Source: Perkinsus olseni
Lineage: Eukaryota
Assembly (NCBI GenBank): GCA_013115125.1
Contig: JABANN010000292.1
Span: forward strand, 1-41,921
Reading direction: 5' to 3'
Length of the DNA stretch: 41,921 nt
A model generated the notes under the pieces. It had not been told where the DNA came from. It did no database searches and worked only from the letters and a program-made list of their open reading frames with translations. Shown one piece after another: positions 35,393 through 41,921 of the stretch (position 1 is the stretch's first letter; the number at the start of each line of letters is the position of its first letter). The translations under genes were made by a program, and so were the position numbers.

Positions 35393-35763
35393 TTTGCTAA
35401 AGACCATGACCGACCTAAGATACGCCCCCGTAGTACTTACACAACTCGACAACAGATAGATTTAATCCACCGTTCATACTCAGCTACCGCAAGAGAAGAA
35501 ACAGGGTATTGCCGGACCGGCAAGGATGTATACAAGGAATAAGTAATGCCGAAAGCAAGATGAGGAATAACCCTCCTCGCCGAGGAAGCGATGACCGAGA
35601 ATGAGCTGCTGGAGGGAGTGCTGCACCATAGCTACCGCTCAAGGCACAATACCGCTCCTTTCGCACAACGTGCTGCACAACACCATCGACAATCAGAGCT
35701 GCCTGCCGGGAGAAGGGGCGTGGCGTAACAGCCGAGCTTTTTGGAAGTTTTTGACGGGCCGCC

Positions 35764-37005
35764 TTAGTTCGCCTTCACGAGCTTGGGGATCTCCAGCTTT
35801 TTGCCTTTCAACGTCATCACCGCCGCCGCTACAGCTGCTCCTACGGCCGCACCCCCAATGACGATCTTCACGCGTTGTTGCCGCTTCTTAGACGCCGCGT
35901 ACTCAATGCACTCCTGCTTGGACATGCCAGTACGACCACGCCAATGAGATTGGTACACCTGGAAGGGCATATCCTTGACAGCAGCCGAAGAACTATGCTT
36001 ACCCCAGAGGTGAAGCACTTCCTTACGCTATGAGCGAGAATCTTCTTCAAATTTTCTGGAGTGACGTAGCCGTACCAGTCACCAGTATCCGCAACTTGCA
36101 TGTCGTAAACGATGAGCTGAAAAGGAAATTATAATGAGGGCCCCAGCAGCCTTCCCCGCAGTACATTGCCAGCAAACTTGTGGCCTCCAATATGGCTACA
36201 CTTCCGCACGTGAGTTCTTGGGTCTCCGAGGGCTTCGATGCAGGAGGCCAGCTCGGGTCCACAGCGGCCGCAGCGCTTGTCACGGTTGTTGTGGGCGCAG
36301 ACGAAAATGTGCCTGCCGAAGAACTTCGACGGGAGGAACTACCCCGTTAGGCCCTACCTTGACTTGGCTGGGACGGGTATGGCGTCGGGATGGCTGACCG
36401 TGGCCGGCGACTTCGACTTGTCGACTTCGACTTTGGAAAGATCAGAGCCAGCGGGAATGCGGAGACCGCTAGGGAATAGCAACTGCGGCAAGGAGAGGAA
36501 CGCGTTGATATTGATTTGACAGGCTCTTGTGTATTACCACATCACCCTCTTTGTCCTCGCCGGGAATGCCTTCAGCGACTACGACGGGGAAGTTCTTAGG
36601 CAAAGGTTTCCTCAGCATATCCACCATTTCCTAACAAGCCAGAGTCAACCTAAGATACCCGACCCAGGAAGGTACCTTGAGCTTATCGTCCATGGTATTA
36701 GCATCCTTAGGCCAGGTCGTGTGAGTGCCGTAGATAATGTAAGCTTGTCCTGCCAGTTTCTTCATAGCTCCCACGACAGTTTCGGTATCTACGTCGCGCA
36801 GCCGAGTACAATCCCCTCCCCCACAGACAGCGGGCTTACTCATCTCAGGACGATCGAATCCACAGCAGTCGCAGTTCTCTCCGCAGCACTCGCCGGTGGG
36901 CTCGGCAGGAGCTGCCTCTGGCTTGGCGGCGGCCTTGTTACCGCAGCACTGTTGCTTGTTACCGCAGGAGTTCGAGCAGCAGGAAGACGATGATCTACAG
37001 GGCAT
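35764..37005 (-). CDS. Sucrase/ferredoxin-like (Aim32/Apd1-type thioredoxin-like 2Fe-2S) protein with a Cys-rich N-terminus and hydrophobic C-terminal tail
   Basis: Motifs IFVCAHNNRDKRCGRCGP (C-x8-C), CSHIGGHKFAGNV (H-x3-H), WYGYVTP and WRGRTGMS. Confidence 0.92.
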
Positions 37006-37369
37006 GGTAGAGCTCAGTGTCTTAGAAACGTCAAAAACTGCCAAGTATGGCGAGAAAGGTATCAGTATCACCATTAAGCGCAGTATGAGAATACTGAAGC
37101 CAGGGCGAGCGCTTTTTGCAGCGCATTTTCAGAGGGAGTACAACGTCCGCTGTGCTGGACCATAAGCGAGGCCTTGGGAGCGCGTGATACCGGCTTTGGT
37201 ACTGCTCTACAAGCCCCTCTCGTATGTCCCTTTCATACGCTAGCTCTTGACTGCCAACCTGGTATGCTATCTGCGGTAACGTCAGCCTCGTTAGGTGTAT
37301 GTGAGTTTATAGTCAAACGGCGGTTTATAGTCCTCCTAGTGTTACTCGCAGGACTCATTTTTCTGCCGG

Positions 37370-38533
37370 ATGGAGACCTCCCATCACCCTGAGGACACTA
37401 CTCTTACCGAGTCGTGCCCAAAACAAGTATGAGTTCCCGCGAGAATATGTGAAAGTTGTGGACAATCAGGTTCGCACGCCGACCGGTGCATCCGAGGAAG
37501 CAACTTCTGCTACGGACACAGTCGACATCGATTATGCTGGGCGCAAAACGTTCCCTTCTCAAAAATCGCAAAAGGGTATTGAGAAGGCCTCGACGAGCAC
37601 CTCCGCTCAAGCAGGTGCCATTTCTAACGCCACCGATGTATCGCCGGATGCCTTAACTTCGGAGAAGCGGCAGAGTAAGCTCGACAGCGGCGCTGGGGAA
37701 GTCAGGGTTTAATTTGCAAGATCCGGCTTCCATCGCTGCTGATGTGGACATGTTGCTGGCGCCGCCGCTCACACCCTTCAAACTTAAGCTGATCAACAGG
37801 AAGTTGAACTACGTCATGACCATGATGGCGAAACTTGAGGTGACGGCTCAGTTGACTACTTGTTTTACGCACTCCTCAGTCCCGTGCGCGGGAGGGCGCA
37901 AGGCTAGAAAAGGAAGTGGCATCCCTGCAGAGGAGCTTGGGGACTGAGAGGTCTCGTCGGGTGCGCCTCCAGCGGGCCAATGATGAGCTGCAGGAGGAGG
38001 TGAACCGAGTGGAGGGATGCGGAAAACTACGGGAGAGTCCATCAGGTGCACGAGCTCGGCAGGGCGTTGTCAGAAAGGGTGGCCAACCTGGAGCAGTACG
38101 AGGAGGCTGCTCGCCTTGCGTTGAAGACGAAGGATGACTTTGAGGGGCAGCTTGATGAGAGGCGACAGACCCAGAACGCGCTGGAAGGAAAGGTGAGCGA
38201 TTGAGCGAGATCAATCTGTAATGGTTCGACTTCTCCCAGCTGCGAGTATGGGCCCGGCTAGTGGCGCAGCTGGAGAGCGAGCTCGAGGAACTGCGAAAGG
38301 AGACTGGCGGCTCGGTGGAGGCGCCCAAATTCGACAAGAGAAAGCGGACGAGTGTGGCAATTCGTTTGAAGTGGGTGGAAAATTTTCATGACGGAGCTTC
38401 GAAAACCCGTTATCGCTTGGAGTTCAGAGAGGAGAAGGAGCGCCGTGAGCGGATATCTCTGTCGGACGACGAAGTTGCTGGCACGAGTGATCTGGCACCA
38501 ACAGAGGCTGTGGACTCGCCGGTACCATCCTGA
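37370..38533 (+). CDS. Hypothetical coiled-coil protein
   Basis: Fragments join over canonical short introns, starting METSHHPE...KQ/VRTPTG. Heptad-like stretches ASLQRSLGTERSRRVRLQRANDELQEE and AQLESELEELRKE. No recognised domain. Confidence 0.6.
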
Positions 38534-38805
38534 ATCCACGCGGTGAGTGGATCCCCTGTCTAACAAGGTTATCCCTATCACGTCAGACCTTGATGTTTTC
38601 GTCAGTTTTCTTGCCGAGCGACTCGTGACCATGCCTCGCCGTTTTTCACGCTCTCATGCCCGCCCTTCGAGGGCTTGTTCATGCACTGGTGTTCCAAGCA
38701 TTTGTTCACGGGTAACGTGTACCTTGATAAGCATGGCTTGTTGCCACTCTTCGTTCAACGAATTCGTTGCGGATCAGGCGCTATTGAGCGCCGCGGCTTG
38801 AGTTA

Positions 38806-39281
38806 GTAAGTTCCGCGGTGACGAGGAATCGCAGCATATCGTTCTATACTCGGACTCGATTGGCCGGGGAGCCATTCCGATAACAGCAACGCGACAACTC
38901 GACTCTCACGGCTCTGCTGTCGAAACAGAGTCCACCTCGCTCAAGTATGCCGCTATGTATATCACTGACGTGGTCCGCGCGAGTTGCAATATGTAGCGCA
39001 TGGGATGCCGAAGGGAGAACCTTGAATCACATGCGTTTGGCCAACGAATCACGAAAAAGGTTTCCGTGGAGACCGATTGCGATGGGGAGACGTCCCCACA
39101 CTCCCGATTGCCACTTGCCCTCGAAAGTGTCATCGGAAGACGTATGGTACACAGCGTGAAGGTGAGCTTTGCAGCGCAGGACATGAGCACTGACGAGTAT
39201 GAGGTCGTCGAGCTCTCGGCGAGTGAAAGGGAGCGGGATGACAATGGTGATGATGCGAAGGTTGTCGGGCATCAGTATTAG
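38806..39281 (+). CDS. Possible small hypothetical gene (partial, unresolved)
   Basis: Open frames separated by GTATG...TAG intron-like segments. No start codon or domain established. Confidence 0.25.
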
Positions 39282-39712
39282 CATTGCTTGGTCGTAGATT
39301 GCCCTGAGGGCAATGCTCTCGGATTACCAATGGGAGTTGCTGCACATACTTCCACCAAACACTGTCAATGAGAACTTCTAGTCTTTCGATGCAGTTGCTG
39401 TTCAGGGTAGGGCTCGAGGGGGGACTCTGATGGACCTGATTCGGTTCCCCCGCGGCGGCAGGGTGTTTTTGGGTGTTTTATCGTGGTTATGAAGTAGAAC
39501 CGCTGGAATGCAGCGGCTGAATGTCAACCGTTGTCACCGTCAATTTTCACTGAGCCACGATGGCCCAGCCATTCCCCGCGGTTGATGAGCACTAGCCAAT
39601 TGAGCATGACGTGATGGCGGGCAAAGCTCTATCGGGTTGCTCACGGCATACACTCTATTCGACCCAGCGAAACGCCAAGTTACTCTCCAGACCGATTGTG
39701 CCGAACTCAGGC

Positions 39713-39765
39713 CGCACACGTGCGCGCACGTGTGCGTAGCTCGGGGAATCGGTCAAAATTTGACC
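39713..39765. promoter_or_regulatory. Two palindromes upstream of the intronless gene, including a 24-bp perfect palindrome with two CACGTG boxes
   Basis: cgcacacgtgcg|cgcacgtgtgcg (39713-39736) and ggtcaaa-a-tttgacc (39751-39765). A regulatory role is inferred from position only. Confidence 0.4.
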
Positions 39766-39796
39766 ACTCGTCTCGTTGTCATCTGTGTATCGTGAA

Positions 39797-40843
39797 ATGG
39801 AATTCCAACTTCCTCATCATCTTGAGACCCTCCGCTGTATGATCATCGAGAAGCTGTGGGATAGTCAGCAGGATAGAGAGCCGATGAATGACCTCATGGG
39901 TGATATCATGGAGCATTGTAAGAAACCAGAGCTGAGACTGGATTGCCCCCGAGAAGAGATACTTACTGGCATAGGGCTCTCGGATAAACTGGCCTTCATC
40001 GACTGCGAGAATCTTTATGAGGTTTACTTCGAAGATACCATCACGCTAGGTCGTGTGTGTATCGATGTAGACGCAGAGCCATCGTTCACAGTGGTGTCAA
40101 CTCTCTGTGATGATGCAGACGGAGACAAGTCTTGGGCGTGTTGCTTCGATGAGGTGACCCGAAAAGTTCATGTATTGTACAATGACGGCCGTGAGTACTT
40201 GGAGCACGACATGGCGACCGGAAAGACGAGGGACCCTGTCTCAGTCCAGCGCCTACCACCGGAGGGTCAGTGGCCTCGCTCCAGCCTTGCTGGCATTGCT
40301 GCTTTTGGTGATTTCCTCTATGTCGCGATCGACGAGCTGTCACGTAAAGGTCGGGTTATGGCACTCAGCGTGTACATGGTACGTCTGCCTATGTTAAAAG
40401 AGGTTAGGCCAGTTACCACTATGCTTCGACATGGTGACGACAGCTTCTCGTTCATCGGCTTCGCCTCAGTACCTGACTGCCATGCTGTCGACATTCGGTT
40501 CATGTCCGAGAGAGGGGAGTGGCAAATAACCAGAGTGAATATGATCAGCTCAAGCAGGCCCGTGCTGTTCGACGTGGTAGAGGACGAAGTTGCGGAAGGG
40601 CTTCGACTGCGAGGCACTCTTATCAAGAACACGCCCGGGTTGAAACTATTACTAGTGGAAGAAGGTGGACGTTGTGTGCTGAGGCACCCCGAAACCCTGA
40701 GAGAAGTAGCTACCATTGATAAATGTGGCATTGATTTGCCGGGAGACTCCCCTGTAGTCTTTGATCGTTGGAGCTTCTGCTATTTCGGCCGGTGCACTGC
40801 AGGAGGCTATGGCATGATACGCTACTATCCCTACCTATCTTGA
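39797..40843 (+). CDS. Intronless hypothetical protein of about 348 aa, probably from a lineage-specific family
   Basis: Single uninterrupted ORF from MEFQLPHH. The N-terminus looks helical and is followed by many short beta-strand-like segments. No recognised motif. Confidence 0.75.
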   Translation: MEFQLPHHLETLRCMIIEKLWDSQQDREPMNDLMGDIMEHCKKPELRLDCPREEILTGIGLSDKLAFIDCENLYEVYFEDTITLGRVCIDVDAEPSFTVVSTLCDDADGDKSWACCFDEVTRKVHVLYNDGREYLEHDMATGKTRDPVSVQRLPPEGQWPRSSLAGIAAFGDFLYVAIDELSRKGRVMALSVYMVRLPMLKEVRPVTTMLRHGDDSFSFIGFASVPDCHAVDIRFMSERGEWQITRVNMISSSRPVLFDVVEDEVAEGLRLRGTLIKNTPGLKLLLVEEGGRCVLRHPETLREVATIDKCGIDLPGDSPVVFDRWSFCYFGRCTAGGYGMIRYYPYLS

Positions 40844-41921
40844 CTCAAGATTCTTGAGTATTCAGACTGACTCGAAGTTGATACTATTCTTCTACGGCCG
40901 AGTAGTAATAAGCTGTGATAACTAGAGTTATTTATCATCGACTATGTCATCGGAGTAACGTGGCAAGTAATATCAGTGTTAGAGTTGTTAGTAGAGCCGT
41001 CCAGGTTCGGCGCGCCAATGTATATGCGTACACATATGAAGTTGATCGATCTTTACGAGTTAGCTATTCTCGTAGTTGCCCCTTTTCATATATTGGCTCT
41101 TTCCGGCCTATCGTGTTCGTCAATCGCGGACTGGTCCTACTATCGTTAGTGCTCCTACGACTCCCATAACATATTGCCATCAAAGTGCATTTTGGTCGTT
41201 GCATCTTCTAAACTGATTATTCAATAGCTTCCTTGATGCAATCTCGGTTCGCCGGACCGCGAAAACTGGAAGTTCATAATTTCTATCATGCTTTCCAACG
41301 AAGTCTTCACTGTCCATCGTTGTGCGAGCCATGCCGTTCTGTGCGGAGCCCTGCTGTAACCGGTCTTCCGCGCAGGCATGCCGCCCAATTCAGGGCTTGC
41401 TCTTCGACCAGGAATGCATCAGACACTACCCCTTGTTCCGTGGCGGGCAAGGCATTGGCTCTTCGGCCCTCTCTTTAACATTAATTGGCGATCACGATGA
41501 TGACTCAGCCATCACTGATGACTTGTTAGAGACGGACGATTTGTATCGTCAACTTCGTGCACTACTCCCAGTGTGCGAGCCGCAGTGCCCTAGAAACTGT
41601 GTCCCAGGGGCACCGCCCCTACCTCGGACACGCCTATCATCCGGCCATTACTTTGCCTCAGAGGAATATCTGAACGGCCTGACTGGGAGGCCCTGAGGTA
41701 TGCTCTGCTGGATGGCATTACCGAGGAACGCCGAATTCCCTGCCGTGGTGGCCCGGTAGCCTCCTCAGTCACCGCGAGATGCATTAATCCATATGCTCAG
41801 TGATGTTCATAACCTATGAGCAACCCGATGAAGTTGGTCGAACCAACCTCACCATTATTCGTCGCTTGGTTTGTGCTACAATAGTCACGTAGTAAGGTCC
41901 ATACTTGGTGATGTACGAGTT

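Noticed and set aside
41233-41921. Short ORFs at the right edge
   Set aside because: No domain or consistent exon chain. It could be a gene start or decayed element, but that cannot be supported from this window.
1-41921. Prokaryotic-type systems (CRISPR array, operon, defence island), rRNA or tRNA genes
   Set aside because: The sequence is intron-rich eukaryotic DNA. I saw no repeat-spacer array or recognisable structural RNA gene by eye; tRNAscan-SE and Rfam were not run.

Overview
Gene-dense eukaryotic genomic DNA with many short (about 40-60 nt) GT-AG introns and very short intergenic gaps. The style is most like an alveolate parasite of the Perkinsus type; that is an inference from gene structure, not a database match. 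The ORF track shows only exon fragments, so I spliced the genes by hand and exon boundaries are approximate. From left to right: a non-LTR retrotransposon RT fragment; a large multi-EF-hand protein whose C-terminus resembles nephrocystin-1 (NPHP1); a CS/p23-domain protein; three tandem two-RRM hnRNP/Musashi-like genes with shared intron positions; a secreted C-type lectin; a Cid1/TUTase-family terminal nucleotidyltransferase; a P4-ATPase; an FtsH-like AAA protein with no protease domain; organellar ribosomal protein uL1; ALG8; an A/B-type cyclin; an Aim32/Apd1-type 2Fe-2S protein with a metallothionein-like N-terminus; a coiled-coil hypothetical protein; and an intronless hypothetical gene flanked by palindromes. 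Genes sit in same-strand blocks. The most interesting candidates are the RRM triplet next to the nucleotidyltransferase, the EF-hand/NPHP1-like fusion, the protease-less FtsH and the Cys-rich ferredoxin. No rRNA, tRNA, spliced-leader or CRISPR sequence was recognised.
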